Below are positions 1-9,425 of a DNA stretch of 64,000 bases, piece after piece; the first letter of the stretch is position 1, and each line of letters starts with the position of its first letter. Position numbers and translations under genes: made by a program. The notes below the pieces were generated by a model that was not told the origin of the DNA, did not search any database, and saw only the letters and a list, made by a program, of their open reading frames with translations. Source of the DNA: a bacterium (lineage in GTDB: Bacteria; Eisenbacteria; RBG-16-71-46); assembly GCA_043779265.1 (NCBI GenBank), contig JAYWEM010000058.1:2362-66361 (forward strand). The letters run 5' to 3'.

Positions 1-427
1 GCCGAGGCACGGTGATCGCGCCGAGCACATCAGCGCCTTCGAGACGGAGGTGGCATTCCTGGATCTCGAGGAATTCGATGGGGAACACATCGAGCGAGGC
101 CACGATCTGGTCATGGGTCAGGAACAGCGGATCGAAGTGCGGCGGCCGCTTCGACGAGGGTATGGCCGCGGCGACGTGGTCGAGCGTGTCGCCATCGAGC
201 GAGCGCGCGACGATCAGGATGTTGATCCGTTGCCTCTCCACCGAGAATCCCTGTACCAGCACGCTGCCGGTGAGGTAGGCACTGAGGAACGAGCCCTCGA
301 GCGCTTCGCGAACGGGGGAGAGCCATCGCCGCGAGGCGTCCAGAACATCGGCGGCGGGTTCGATCCGAAGGGGGGCGTTGGTCACGTCTCGACGATAGCG
401 CACGCGATGGAGTGCTCCAACCTTCAT
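1..427 (-). CDS. hypothetical protein, partial (3' end runs off the left window edge)
   Basis: Open minus-strand frame from ATG at 427 to position 2. It reads MKVGALHRVRYRRDVTNAPLRIEPAADVLDASRRWLSPVREALEGSFLSAYLTGSVLVQGFSVERQRINILIVARSLDGD... It is absent from the ORF track because it is truncated, and it is divergent from the gene at 512. A faint nucleotidyltransferase-like G-S pattern is not enough for a call. Confidence 0.4.
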   Translation of the reverse strand, partial: MKVGALHRVRYRRDVTNAPLRIEPAADVLDASRRWLSPVREALEGSFLSAYLTGSVLVQGFSVERQRINILIVARSLDGDTLDHVAAAIPSSKRPPHFDPLFLTHDQIVASLDVFPIEFLEIQECHLRLEGADVLGAITVPR

Positions 428-511
428 GCGAGCCGGATCGCTCGATTTGACCCGCGTCGGAAAGCGCCCATAACGTGTCTGCCCGATCATCGTTCTCCCA
501 CGGGAGGCGTC

Positions 512-1495
512 GTGCACGAGGTGCTGGTCATCGGGGGTGGTCCCGCCGGTCTGACGGCTGGGATGTACGCCCGGATGCGTAAGATGAGTGTGCTCGTGGT
601 GGACGCAGGACGGCTGGGTGGCCAGCTCGTCTCGCTCTACGGCGATAAGCCCGTGCATGACTGGCCCGGCTACATGCAGATCATCGCCGGTTCGCTCGCG
701 GACACGTTCATCGAGCATGCACGCGAACTGGGTGTCGAGATGATGGATCAGACCAAGGTGCTCGACCTCACGCGCCAGGACGACGGTGTGTGGCAGGTGC
801 ACACACAACATCAGCAGACGCGCGAGGAGCAGACACTCCAGGCGCAGAGCATCATCATCGCCATCGGCGGCGGCGCGTTCGAACCGCGCCGACTCAAGCT
901 CGCTGGCGAAGAGACGTTGGAGGAGGACCAACTCACCTACCGCATGGTCGACAAGTCCAAGGTCACGGGACTCGACGTGGTGGTGGTGGGTGGCGGTGAC
1001 TCGGGCCTCGAGAGCGCGCAGGCTGCGCACGAGGCGGGAGCACGCGTGACACTGGTGCAGGTGCTGGAGCGCTTCACCGGGATGGAGACGAACATCGAGA
1101 AGGTGGAGAGCTACGGCGTGACCTCGCACTTCCAGACGCGCGTCAAGGAACTCGTCCTCGTGGACGGACGGCTTCGCGCGATCGTCTGCTCCAAGAAGGG
1201 GCAGGACGAGCCGCTGCGCCTGCCGTGCGATCACCTCGTCGTCAACATCGGGAACTCCGTCAACCTCGAAGCGGTCAAGCGATGGGGCATCGCGGTCGAG
1301 GGGAATCTCATCCCCGTCGATCCGCACATGCGCACGAACCTCGAGGGCGTGTTCGCCTGCGGTGACATCGTGACCTGTGAGGCCAAGTACAAACTCCTCC
1401 TGACGGCCTCCAAGGAGGGCGCCGTGGCGGCCAACTCGGCCTACGTGCACGTGCGCAAGCCATCCCGCGTCACCATGGGAGATCTCTACTCGTGA
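512..1495 (+). CDS. thioredoxin-reductase-like ferredoxin/flavodoxin-NADP+ reductase (FAD/NAD(P)-binding oxidoreductase)
   Basis: GTG start 4 nt after GGGAGG. Two dinucleotide-binding motifs are present, 'VIGGGPAGLTAG' and 'VVGGGDSGLESA', plus a C-terminal 'FACGD'. No CxxC redox pair is visible, so this looks like an FNR rather than a true TrxR. The GTGA overlap couples it to korA. The 50-511 part of the ORF-track entry is antisense to the gene at 1-427. Confidence 0.75.
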   Translation: MHEVLVIGGGPAGLTAGMYARMRKMSVLVVDAGRLGGQLVSLYGDKPVHDWPGYMQIIAGSLADTFIEHARELGVEMMDQTKVLDLTRQDDGVWQVHTQHQQTREEQTLQAQSIIIAIGGGAFEPRRLKLAGEETLEEDQLTYRMVDKSKVTGLDVVVVGGGDSGLESAQAAHEAGARVTLVQVLERFTGMETNIEKVESYGVTSHFQTRVKELVLVDGRLRAIVCSKKGQDEPLRLPCDHLVVNIGNSVNLEAVKRWGIAVEGNLIPVDPHMRTNLEGVFACGDIVTCEAKYKLLLTASKEGAVAANSAYVHVRKPSRVTMGDLYS

Positions 1496-3303
1496 AGCCC
1501 GTCCTCAACGACTTCAGCATCCATCTGGCGACCGTGAACGGGTCCGGCAGCCAAAGCTCCAACAGCCTGCTCCTGCGCGCCATCTTCCAGATGGGCATCC
1601 CGGTGAGCGGCAAGAACCTGTTTCCCTCCAACATCGCGGGCCTGCCGACATGGTTCACGATCCGCGTGAGTGCGGAGGGCTGGGTGGCGCGCCGTCGCAC
1701 CAACGATATTCTCGTGGCGATGAATCCGGAGACCGCGGCTCGCGACGTCGCCGAGATGGGGCCGGGCTCGGTCATCATCATCAATGACTCGATCAAGATC
1801 CCGGACGTGCCCGCCGATCGCACGGTGCACCGCGTTCCGATGGCCAAGCTGATGGAGTCCATCACGACCGACGTCAAGCTCCGGCGGCTCGTGATCAACA
1901 TGCTCTACGTCGGCGTGCTCGCCGAGTTGCTCGGGATCGAAGAGCAGGAGCTCGACCGTTCGCTGCACGCCCAGCTCGGCCACAAGCCCAAGGCGATGAC
2001 GCTCAATCAGGCTGCGCTCCGTGCTGGCATGGAGTACGCGCGGGCCAACGTGACCGTGCTGCAGCCGTTCCGACTCGAGCGCATGACGCACACCGACGAC
2101 CTGATCCTCATCGACGGCAACACAGCCGGTGCTCTCGGCGCGCTGTTCGCCGGTGTCACGGTCGTCTCGTGGTACCCGATCACGCCCTCGAGTTCGCTGG
2201 TCGAGGCCCTGATCGGCTTCCTCGAGGAGTTCCGCCGTGATCCCGAGACCGGCCGCAACACGTTCGCGGTGGTGCAGGCCGAGGACGAGATCGCGGCGAT
2301 CGGCATGGTGCTCGGCGCCGGCTGGGCCGGCGCGCGTGCCATGACCTCGACCTCGGGGCCCGGGCTCTCGCTCATGACCGAGTTCGCGGGCTACGGCTAC
2401 TACGCCGAGATCCCCGCCGTCATCTGGGACATCCAGCGGGTCGGCCCGAGCACGGGTCTACCGACGCGCACGGCGCAGTCGGACCTCTCGTTCGTCGTCT
2501 CGATGTCGCACGGCGACACGCAGTACCCGGTCCTGCTGCCGGCATCGGTCGAGGAGTGCTACCAGTTCGCGATGGACGCATTCGATCTGGCGGAGCGGCT
2601 GCAGATGCCGCTGTTCGTTCTCTCGGATCTCGACCTCGGCATGAACAGCTGGATGTCGAAGCCGTTCGCCTATCCGGAGCGTCCGTGGGATCGCGGCAAG
2701 GTGCTCGACGATGAGGCGCTCGCCAAGCTCGCATCCTTCGAGCGCTATCGCGATGTGGATGGCGATGGCATACCGTACCGCACGCTGCCGGGGATCCGTG
2801 ATCCACGCGGCGCGTTCTTCACGCGCGGCTCGGGACACGATGAGGCGGCGCGCTACACGGAGTCGGGCGAGGTCTACGTGCGCAACATGGATCGTCTGCG
2901 CCGCAAGTACGACACGGCTCGCACGCTCGTTCCCGCCCCCGAGCTTCAGGCGACCGACGGTGCTGAGATCGGACTGATCGCGTACGGGTCGACCCACTGG
3001 GCGTTGCTCGAGGCCCGGCATCTGCTGGAGGGTCAGGGACTCGCGACGTCCTACCTGCGCGTGCGGGCGCTTCCGTTCGCCGCGTCGATCGCGGAGTTCG
3101 TCCGCGGCCATCGCACCGTGATCGTGGTCGAGCAGAATCGCGAGGGCCAGCTGGCCGATCGCCTCCGGCTCGAAGTGCCCGATTGCGCTGCCCACATCCA
3201 TTCCGTGCTCCACTACGACGGCATGCCGATCGATGCCCAGTGCATCATCGACGGTGTGCTCGCGCGTGCGGGCATGCCGGCTGCACAAGGAGCCTCCCGA
3301 TGA
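1492..3303 (+). CDS. korA: 2-oxoacid:ferredoxin oxidoreductase, fused gamma-alpha subunit
   Basis: The N-terminal gamma-type domain reads 'ATVNGSGSQSSN...GKNLFPSNIAGLPT'. It is followed by an alpha domain with 'GNTAGALGALFAG...YPITPSS...TSGPGLSLM'. It overlaps the flanking genes by 4 nt. Confidence 0.85.
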   Translation: MKPVLNDFSIHLATVNGSGSQSSNSLLLRAIFQMGIPVSGKNLFPSNIAGLPTWFTIRVSAEGWVARRRTNDILVAMNPETAARDVAEMGPGSVIIINDSIKIPDVPADRTVHRVPMAKLMESITTDVKLRRLVINMLYVGVLAELLGIEEQELDRSLHAQLGHKPKAMTLNQAALRAGMEYARANVTVLQPFRLERMTHTDDLILIDGNTAGALGALFAGVTVVSWYPITPSSSLVEALIGFLEEFRRDPETGRNTFAVVQAEDEIAAIGMVLGAGWAGARAMTSTSGPGLSLMTEFAGYGYYAEIPAVIWDIQRVGPSTGLPTRTAQSDLSFVVSMSHGDTQYPVLLPASVEECYQFAMDAFDLAERLQMPLFVLSDLDLGMNSWMSKPFAYPERPWDRGKVLDDEALAKLASFERYRDVDGDGIPYRTLPGIRDPRGAFFTRGSGHDEAARYTESGEVYVRNMDRLRRKYDTARTLVPAPELQATDGAEIGLIAYGSTHWALLEARHLLEGQGLATSYLRVRALPFAASIAEFVRGHRTVIVVEQNREGQLADRLRLEVPDCAAHIHSVLHYDGMPIDAQCIIDGVLARAGMPAAQGASR

Positions 3304-4376
3304 GCACCGCCAGCACCCCTCCCGCGATGCCGGTCAACCGGATCGGTCTGACGCGCGCCGACTACGACGGGGCCAAGACCACGCTGTGCCCCGGTTGCGG
3401 CCACAACGCCATCACGGGCGGCATCATCACGGCCGCGTTCGAGGCCGGACTCCACCCGCATCAGGTGGCCAAGCTCTCCGGCATCGGCTGTTCCAGCAAG
3501 ACGCCGGCCTACTTCCTCGGGCAGTCGCACGGATTCAACTCGGTGCACGGCCGCATGCCGAGCATCGCCACGGGCGTGCACACGGCGAACCGGCAACTGC
3601 TCCTGATCGGCGTGTCCGGTGATGGCGATACGGCGAGCATCGGGCTGGGGCAGTTCTGCCATCTCGTGCGCCGCAATGTGCCGACCGTCTACATCGTCGA
3701 GAACAACGGCGTCTATGGCCTCACCAAGGGGCAGTTCTCCGCCACCGCCGATCTCGGGAGCACGCAGAAGTCCGGTCGGGCCAACGAACTCATGCCGATC
3801 GATCTCTGTGCCATTGCGATCGAGTTGGGTTGCAGCTTCGTCGCGCGCTCGTTCTCGGGCGACCAGAAGCAGTTGCGGCCCCTGCTCAAGGCGGCCTTCG
3901 CACACCGCGGCACCGCGGTGATCGACGTCGTCAGCCCGTGCGTGACGTTTGCGGACCATGAGGGTTCGACCAAGTCGTACGCGGCCGTGAAGCAGACCGA
4001 CTCGCCACTGCACGACATCGACTACGTGCCGTTCTACGAGGACATCCATGTCGATTACGAGCCCGGGACGACGCGCGAAGTGCGCATGCCCGACGGATCG
4101 ACGCTGGTGTTGAAGAAGCTGGCCGAGGACTTCGATCCGACCGATGCCCGGCTCGCGCTCAGTGTGCTCCATGAAGCGCGTCAGGACCGCAAGCTCGTCA
4201 CCGGACTGCTCCACATCGATTCCGCCTCACGGCCGTTCGATGAGGACCTCGAGCTGGTGGAGACGCCGCTGGCGCAGTTGCCGCTCGATCGTGTCCGGCC
4301 ATCGCGCGACGTGCTCGAGGCGATCATGCGGGCCCATCGCGACGGTACGGTCGCCGTGGCGGCAGGCGGCGGATGA
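3300..4376 (+). CDS. korB: 2-oxoacid:ferredoxin oxidoreductase, beta (TPP-binding) subunit
   Basis: Internal ATG at 3300 forms an ATGA overlap with the korA stop. Motifs seen are 'CPGCGH', 'GIGCSS', 'GDGD' and 'ENNGVYGLTKGQ'. Confidence 0.85.
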   Translation: MSTASTPPAMPVNRIGLTRADYDGAKTTLCPGCGHNAITGGIITAAFEAGLHPHQVAKLSGIGCSSKTPAYFLGQSHGFNSVHGRMPSIATGVHTANRQLLLIGVSGDGDTASIGLGQFCHLVRRNVPTVYIVENNGVYGLTKGQFSATADLGSTQKSGRANELMPIDLCAIAIELGCSFVARSFSGDQKQLRPLLKAAFAHRGTAVIDVVSPCVTFADHEGSTKSYAAVKQTDSPLHDIDYVPFYEDIHVDYEPGTTREVRMPDGSTLVLKKLAEDFDPTDARLALSVLHEARQDRKLVTGLLHIDSASRPFDEDLELVETPLAQLPLDRVRPSRDVLEAIMRAHRDGTVAVAAGGG

Positions 4377-5158
4377 CCGCGAGCGCGTCCGCCGTCCGCG
4401 CCGGTTTCGATGAACGCGCGTCCGGCTATGCGCTGTGGGACGAACTGGCGGCCGGGGACACACGCGACCGCGTGCTCGAACACCTCGATCCCGTGACGGA
4501 CGAGGTCCTGCTCGACCTGGGGGCCGGCCCCGGCGCGATGACGCGTGCGGTCGGGCCGTTCGTTCGACGGGTGATCGCGCTCGATGTGTCCGCTCAGATG
4601 CTGCGCGCACTGGGGCTCGAGTCGAGGCGCGCCGGGCGCCTCGTGCCGCCTCGGATCCAGGCGGATGCCGCTTCATTGCCCTTGTCGGATGCGAGTATCG
4701 ATCTCGTGGCGTGCCGGCATGCCTGGCGACTGTTCCCCGATCCACTCACGGTCGCACGCGAGATCCATCGCGTGACCAGGCCTGGCGCCCGCATCGTGAT
4801 CTGCGACCTGGTCGGCTCGGGAGATCCCGACGTCGACGCCGCGCTCGAGGCGTTCGAATCCGAGCTCGAGCCGGTGAGTGTCCGCATCGCCACGGCCGAG
4901 GCCTGGCGCGAGAGGTTCCTCGAAGCGGGCTTCCGCGTCGAGTGGCTCGACTCGCCGATCCACGACCTGCAGGCAGGACGCTCGCTGCTCGATCGTTGTG
5001 CCCGGGCCGGGGCCTCGAGCGCAGCCTTCGAGACGGCGAGGCAACACCTTCTGAACGGGCCCGAGGGCCTGCGGCGGCATCTACGCGTGCTCGTCCACGG
5101 CGACGACATCCAGTGGCACCCGCCGCTCGGGCTGCTGGCGGCACGCCGACTCCGCTGA
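4373..5158 (+). CDS. class I SAM-dependent methyltransferase
   Basis: SAM-binding motif I 'LLDLGAGPGAMT' and an acidic loop 'VIALDVS'. ATGA overlap with korB. Confidence 0.7.
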   Translation: MTASASAVRAGFDERASGYALWDELAAGDTRDRVLEHLDPVTDEVLLDLGAGPGAMTRAVGPFVRRVIALDVSAQMLRALGLESRRAGRLVPPRIQADAASLPLSDASIDLVACRHAWRLFPDPLTVAREIHRVTRPGARIVICDLVGSGDPDVDAALEAFESELEPVSVRIATAEAWRERFLEAGFRVEWLDSPIHDLQAGRSLLDRCARAGASSAAFETARQHLLNGPEGLRRHLRVLVHGDDIQWHPPLGLLAARRLR

Positions 5159-5206
5159 GGGGCTCCCATTCAGGTCTTGGAGGAACCCGCAGCGAGCGCT
5201 AACGTC

Positions 5207-7189
5207 ATGCGGACGCGAGCCCCCTGTGGCCGCGACGGAGGCGCTCTCGTGTCCTCACCCGATTCCCCCTCGACTCACCCGGCCGGGTCCCCCAGCCCCG
5301 CCTCGCTCGTCGCGCGGCACGTGGCGGCTCGTTCGCGAGACGGGATGTGTGTCGTCGGCCCCGACCTGCGGACCCGCTTCGTCAGCGTCGTGTTGGCCGA
5401 GATGCTCGGCTATCCGGCCGAGGAGATGTTGGGCCGACCGCTCCGGGACCTGATCACCGAGGATCTCTGGCCGAGCGTCGAAGCTGCTGCCACGGGACGA
5501 AGCCGCGATGACCCCGGGCTGCTGCCGGTCGTATTCCGGCACCGCGACGGCAGTCGGATCGAAGCGGTCGTCGTGTGCACCCCGATGTTCGGCGCCGAGG
5601 ACGAGTTCCTCGGCGCGATCGGGACGATCTCGGATGTCCGAGTGATCGCGGCCGCCGAGATCGCGGCGCAGCAGATGATCACCGCCAAGCTCGACCTGCT
5701 CGAGAACATGCTGGATCACATCCCGATCATGGTCGCCAAGTTCAGCCCCGAGGGCACGCCGCTCTACTTCAACGACGAACTCGAACGAAAGCTCGGCTGG
5801 ACGCTCGAGGAGGCCGCGAGTGACCCGCAGTTCCTCGAGAAGATCCACCCGGACAGGGAGATGAGCGAGGAGGCGTTCGCGACTCTGCGGCGAGCCGACG
5901 GCAAGTGGGTACAACTGCAGCAGCGAACTCGCGATGGCTCCCTCCTCCGTACGTCGTGCGTCGTGACGAGGCTGGCCGATGGCAGCGTGCTCGGCATCGC
6001 CGAGGACATCACCGAACGAGTCAAGCTGGAGGAGCAGCTGCTCCAATCCCAGCGGCTCGACAGCGTCGGCCGACTCGCGGGCGGCGTCGCGCATGATTTC
6101 AACAATCTCCTCACGGTCATCATCGGCTATGGCGAGATGCTGGATGGCACGATCGGCCCCATGCATCCGGCGCGGTCGATGCTCTCGGAGATCCGCCACT
6201 CGGCTGATCGCGCGCGCGACCTGACGGCGCAGTTGCTCGCCTTCGCGAGGCGGCAGGTCATTCGCCCACGCCAGATCGAGCTCGATGAGTTGGTGCGCGG
6301 GACCGAGCGCATTCTGCGGCGCCTGATCGACGAGCTCATCGAGATCTCACTCGATCTCGCCTCCGCCGGGCACTCGGTACGGGTCGATCCCGGCCAGATG
6401 GAGCAGGTGCTGCTCAATCTGGCGCTCAATTCCCGTGATGCCATGCCGCGAGGCGGCAAACTGACGATCGAGACCGCGTACGTGACGCTCAGCGAGCTCT
6501 ACGCGCAACAGCACGATGATGTCCGCAGCGGCCCGCACATCGTGCTGGTGGTGAGCGACACGGGCGAGGGGATGTCGGGCGAGACGCTGTCGCACATCTT
6601 CGAGCCGTTCTTCACCACCAAGGCGCCGGGCCGCGGCACCGGACTCGGCCTCGCGACCGTCTACGGCATCGTCAAGCAGTCGGGCGGCCACATCTTCGTT
6701 TACTCCGAGCCCGCGACGGGGACGACGTTCAAGGTCTACCTGCCGGTCGCGGCGGGCGGGGTCGAGGAGCCCATGGTGGAGGCCGGTCCGCGCCAGGCGT
6801 CGTTGGTGGGGCACGAACGTGTGTGGGTGGTCGAGGACGAGCCCCACGTACGGACGCTCACCGCGAGGATCCTGCGCGAGGCGGGCTACGAGGTGTCCGA
6901 GGCCGAGGGCCCGACTCAGGCGTTGGAACTCGCGGCGGGGCTCGAGTTCGGCCCCGATGTGCTCCTCACCGATGTCGTGATGCCGGGCATGAGCGGACGC
7001 GATCTGGCGGACCGGCTGCACGAGAAGTGGCCTGCGACGCGCGTGCTCTATGTCTCGGGCTATACGCACAACACGATCGTGCATCACGGTGTGCTCGAGT
7101 CCGGCGTCGAATTCCTCGGCAAGCCGTTCACGCCGTCGCAACTGCTCGCCCGCGTCCGAGAGGTGCTCGGCTCCGGCGTCGTTCCCTGA
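5207..7189 (+). CDS. PAS-domain hybrid sensor histidine kinase with C-terminal receiver
   Basis: PAS-like repeats, H-box '[11 protein letters not shown]', N/G boxes '[11 protein letters not shown]' and 'DTGEGM...GTGLGLATV', then REC with 'VWVVEDE...[12 protein letters not shown]...KPF'. The ATG at 5207 is preferred over the TTG at 5177. Confidence 0.85.
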   Translation: MRTRAPCGRDGGALVSSPDSPSTHPAGSPSPASLVARHVAARSRDGMCVVGPDLRTRFVSVVLAEMLGYPAEEMLGRPLRDLITEDLWPSVEAAATGRSRDDPGLLPVVFRHRDGSRIEAVVVCTPMFGAEDEFLGAIGTISDVRVIAAAEIAAQQMITAKLDLLENMLDHIPIMVAKFSPEGTPLYFNDELERKLGWTLEEAASDPQFLEKIHPDREMSEEAFATLRRADGKWVQLQQRTRDGSLLRTSCVVTRLADGSVLGIAEDITERVKLEEQLLQSQRLDSVGRLAGGVAHDFNNLLTVIIGYGEMLDGTIGPMHPARSMLSEIRHSADRARDLTAQLLAFARRQVIRPRQIELDELVRGTERILRRLIDELIEISLDLASAGHSVRVDPGQMEQVLLNLALNSRDAMPRGGKLTIETAYVTLSELYAQQHDDVRSGPHIVLVVSDTGEGMSGETLSHIFEPFFTTKAPGRGTGLGLATVYGIVKQSGGHIFVYSEPATGTTFKVYLPVAAGGVEEPMVEAGPRQASLVGHERVWVVEDEPHVRTLTARILREAGYEVSEAEGPTQALELAAGLEFGPDVLLTDVVMPGMSGRDLADRLHEKWPATRVLYVSGYTHNTIVHHGVLESGVEFLGKPFTPSQLLARVREVLGSGVVP

Positions 7190-7207
7190 GCGAGTCGCCG
7201 ATTCTGG

Positions 7208-7585
7208 TCAGTCGGCGGTGGCGGTCTCGATGACGTAGTGCGTCTCCAAGGCAGCCCGCGCGCGCTCCAGGTCGGCGGCCTTCACGAGCAGCACGTCGGT
7301 GTCATGCGTGCTCAGCACGAACACGGGCACGGCGGCCGCGGCCAACGGAGCGGTGAGGGCGTGGAGGACGCCGGTGACATCGAAGGGGATCGGCCCCTCC
7401 AGAATCAGGGCGCGCCACGGGCCCTCCCATCGGTCGATCGAGGGCGGCAGATCATCGACCGGGCAGACGAGCGAGAGTTCGTCGGGCGTCCGCGTCAGGC
7501 TCCAGAAGTCAGCGGCGGCATGGAACACCCAGGCGGGCAGCGGTGCGTCGGGGGGGAAGCGGCAGATCGCGAGCGACCATGGCAT
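7208..7585 (-). CDS. small ACT-domain-like (amino-acid-binding fold) protein
   Basis: The internal ATG at 7585 gives a 125-aa protein, 'MPWSLAICRF...WSLTRTPDELSLVC...FDVTGVLHALTAPLA...VFVLSTHDTDVLLV'. This is typical of two-lobed ACT_7-type proteins. The upstream part of the track ORF is R/G-rich and unlikely to be coding. Confidence 0.55.
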   Translation of the reverse strand: MPWSLAICRFPPDAPLPAWVFHAAADFWSLTRTPDELSLVCPVDDLPPSIDRWEGPWRALILEGPIPFDVTGVLHALTAPLAAAAVPVFVLSTHDTDVLLVKAADLERARAALETHYVIETATAD

Positions 7586-7602
7586 CAATCGCAGCGTGCG
7601 GC

Positions 7603-7812
7603 TCACGGGAAGTGCACGTCCCCGTCGTCGTCCAGCACCTCGATCGCCTGACACGGGCACGCCTCGGCGGCCTCGATCAGTTTCTCGACCGGCTCCGCAT
7701 CGGCATCCATCACCATGGCCTTGCCCTTGGAGTCCAGCGCGAACACGGCAGGCGCGATCTCGACGCACTGGGCGTTGCCACAGCAGTGCTGACGGAGAAT
7801 GCGTATCTGCAT
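7603..7812 (-). CDS. small single-cluster ferredoxin
   Basis: 69 aa from 'MQIRIL'. The Cys pattern is 'HCCGNAQC...ACPC', and an SD-like GGAGAGG lies upstream. Confidence 0.75.
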   Translation of the reverse strand: MQIRILRQHCCGNAQCVEIAPAVFALDSKGKAMVMDADAEPVEKLIEAAEACPCQAIEVLDDDGDVHFP

Positions 7813-7974
7813 GCGAGGACCTCTCCTTCGGAGGAAGTGCGGCAGGCATGGTGCGCGAACCGGGCGACTGCGGCAAGCGTGCACCCCGGCGTCGGATGCT
7901 GGCGTGAGCCACGGGCGGTCGCTAGAGTCACGCCCCTGGTCATCTCATCGGCACCTCTCGCACAGGACTCCATC

Positions 7975-9345
7975 ATGGATCCCATCACCTCGTATCTCGA
8001 GCAGCACCAGGACCGCTTCCTCGATCAACTCCAGCAGTCACTGCGCATCCCGTCGGTCAGCGCGCAGCCCGGGCACAAGGCCGATGTGCGCGCGTGTGCC
8101 GAGCACCTGGTGGCGCACCTCAAGAAGATCGGGATGCCGAGGGCGGAGGTCGTGGAGACGGCGGGGCATCCGGTCGTGTACGCCGAGTGGTTGGGTGCGA
8201 AGGGCACTCCGACCGCGCTCATCTACGGCCACTACGATGTGCAGCCGGCCGAGCCGCTCGAGTTGTGGCGCACGCCCCCGTTCGAGCCGGTCGTGCGAGA
8301 CGGCAAGCTCATCGCCCGCGGGTCGGCGGACGACAAGGGGCAGGTCTACATGCACCTCTCCGCCATCGAGGCCCACTTGGCGGTCAACGGCAAGCTGCCG
8401 ATCAACGTGAAACTGGTGATCGAGGGCGAGGAGGAGGTCGGCAGCGAGCACCTCGGGCACTTCCTCCGTTCGCGCCGTGCCGAACTCGACGCCGATGTCA
8501 TCGTGGTCAGCGACACCAGCATGCTGGCGCCCGATCACCCGGCGCTGACCATCGCGCTGCGTGGCATCGTCTACACGCAGATCGAGGTCGTCGGCCCGAC
8601 GCGCGACCTCCACTCGGGCCAGTTCGGCGGCTCGGTGCAGAACCCGGCGAATGCACTCGCCACCATCATCGCGGGGCTGAAGGACGCCGATGGCCGCATC
8701 ACCGTGCCCGGCCTGTACGACGACGTGCGCGAGTTGTCGGCCGCGGAACGCTCCCAGTTGGCCGCGATCCCGTTCGACGAAGCGCAGTTCATCGGTGAGA
8801 GCGGCGCGCCGGTCGGATTCGGCGAGAAGGGCTACTCGACGCTCGAGCGCATCTCAGTGCGACCGACGCTCGATGTGAATGGCATCTGGGGCGGCTACAT
8901 CGGCGAAGGGAGCAAGACCGTGCTGCCGAGCTTCGCAGCGGCCAAAGTCAGCATGAGACTCGTTCCCGATCAGGATCCGGCCAAGGTTTTCGCCGCGTTC
9001 AAGGCGCACGTGCTGAGCCTGGCCCCGATCGGCGTCACGGTGAAGGTCGGCGATCATCACAGCGCCCGGCCGTTCCTGACCTCGCCCGACCATCCGATGA
9101 TCCGTGCTGCCGAACGCGCCCTGGCGCGGGCATGGCCCAAGCCGGTGGCCATGCTGCGAGAGGGCGGATCGATCCCGGTCATGGCCACGTTCCAGGAGAC
9201 TCACGGGCTGCCGAGCATCCTCATGGGCTTCGGGTTGCACGACGATCAGGTGCACGCGCCCAACGAGAAGTTCTCGCTCAGCTCGTACCACGGCGGCACG
9301 CGCAGCTGCGCCTACCTCTACGAGGAGCTGGCTCGAGTCGAGTGA
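7975..9345 (+). CDS. M20 family dipeptidase
   Basis: Starts at 'MDPITSYLEQHQDRF'. Motifs seen are 'GHYDVQP', 'RGSADDKGQ' and 'EGEEEVGS'. The upstream part of the track ORF is antisense to the ferredoxin and ACT genes. Confidence 0.85.
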   Translation: MDPITSYLEQHQDRFLDQLQQSLRIPSVSAQPGHKADVRACAEHLVAHLKKIGMPRAEVVETAGHPVVYAEWLGAKGTPTALIYGHYDVQPAEPLELWRTPPFEPVVRDGKLIARGSADDKGQVYMHLSAIEAHLAVNGKLPINVKLVIEGEEEVGSEHLGHFLRSRRAELDADVIVVSDTSMLAPDHPALTIALRGIVYTQIEVVGPTRDLHSGQFGGSVQNPANALATIIAGLKDADGRITVPGLYDDVRELSAAERSQLAAIPFDEAQFIGESGAPVGFGEKGYSTLERISVRPTLDVNGIWGGYIGEGSKTVLPSFAAAKVSMRLVPDQDPAKVFAAFKAHVLSLAPIGVTVKVGDHHSARPFLTSPDHPMIRAAERALARAWPKPVAMLREGGSIPVMATFQETHGLPSILMGFGLHDDQVHAPNEKFSLSSYHGGTRSCAYLYEELARVE

Positions 9346-9425
9346 TCCGGCGCGGGCCTCAGGCCGCTTCGGCATGCGGATCCGAATCGCGCCGTGCAGG
9401 CCCAACCGCTATCATCAAGGCGCTC

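Noticed and set aside
1-427. Nucleotidyltransferase assignment for the truncated left-edge gene.
   Set aside because: Only a loose 'LTGS...INILIV' resemblance to the G-S/D-x-D region is present. The catalytic Asp pair is not evident and the protein is truncated. I keep it as hypothetical.
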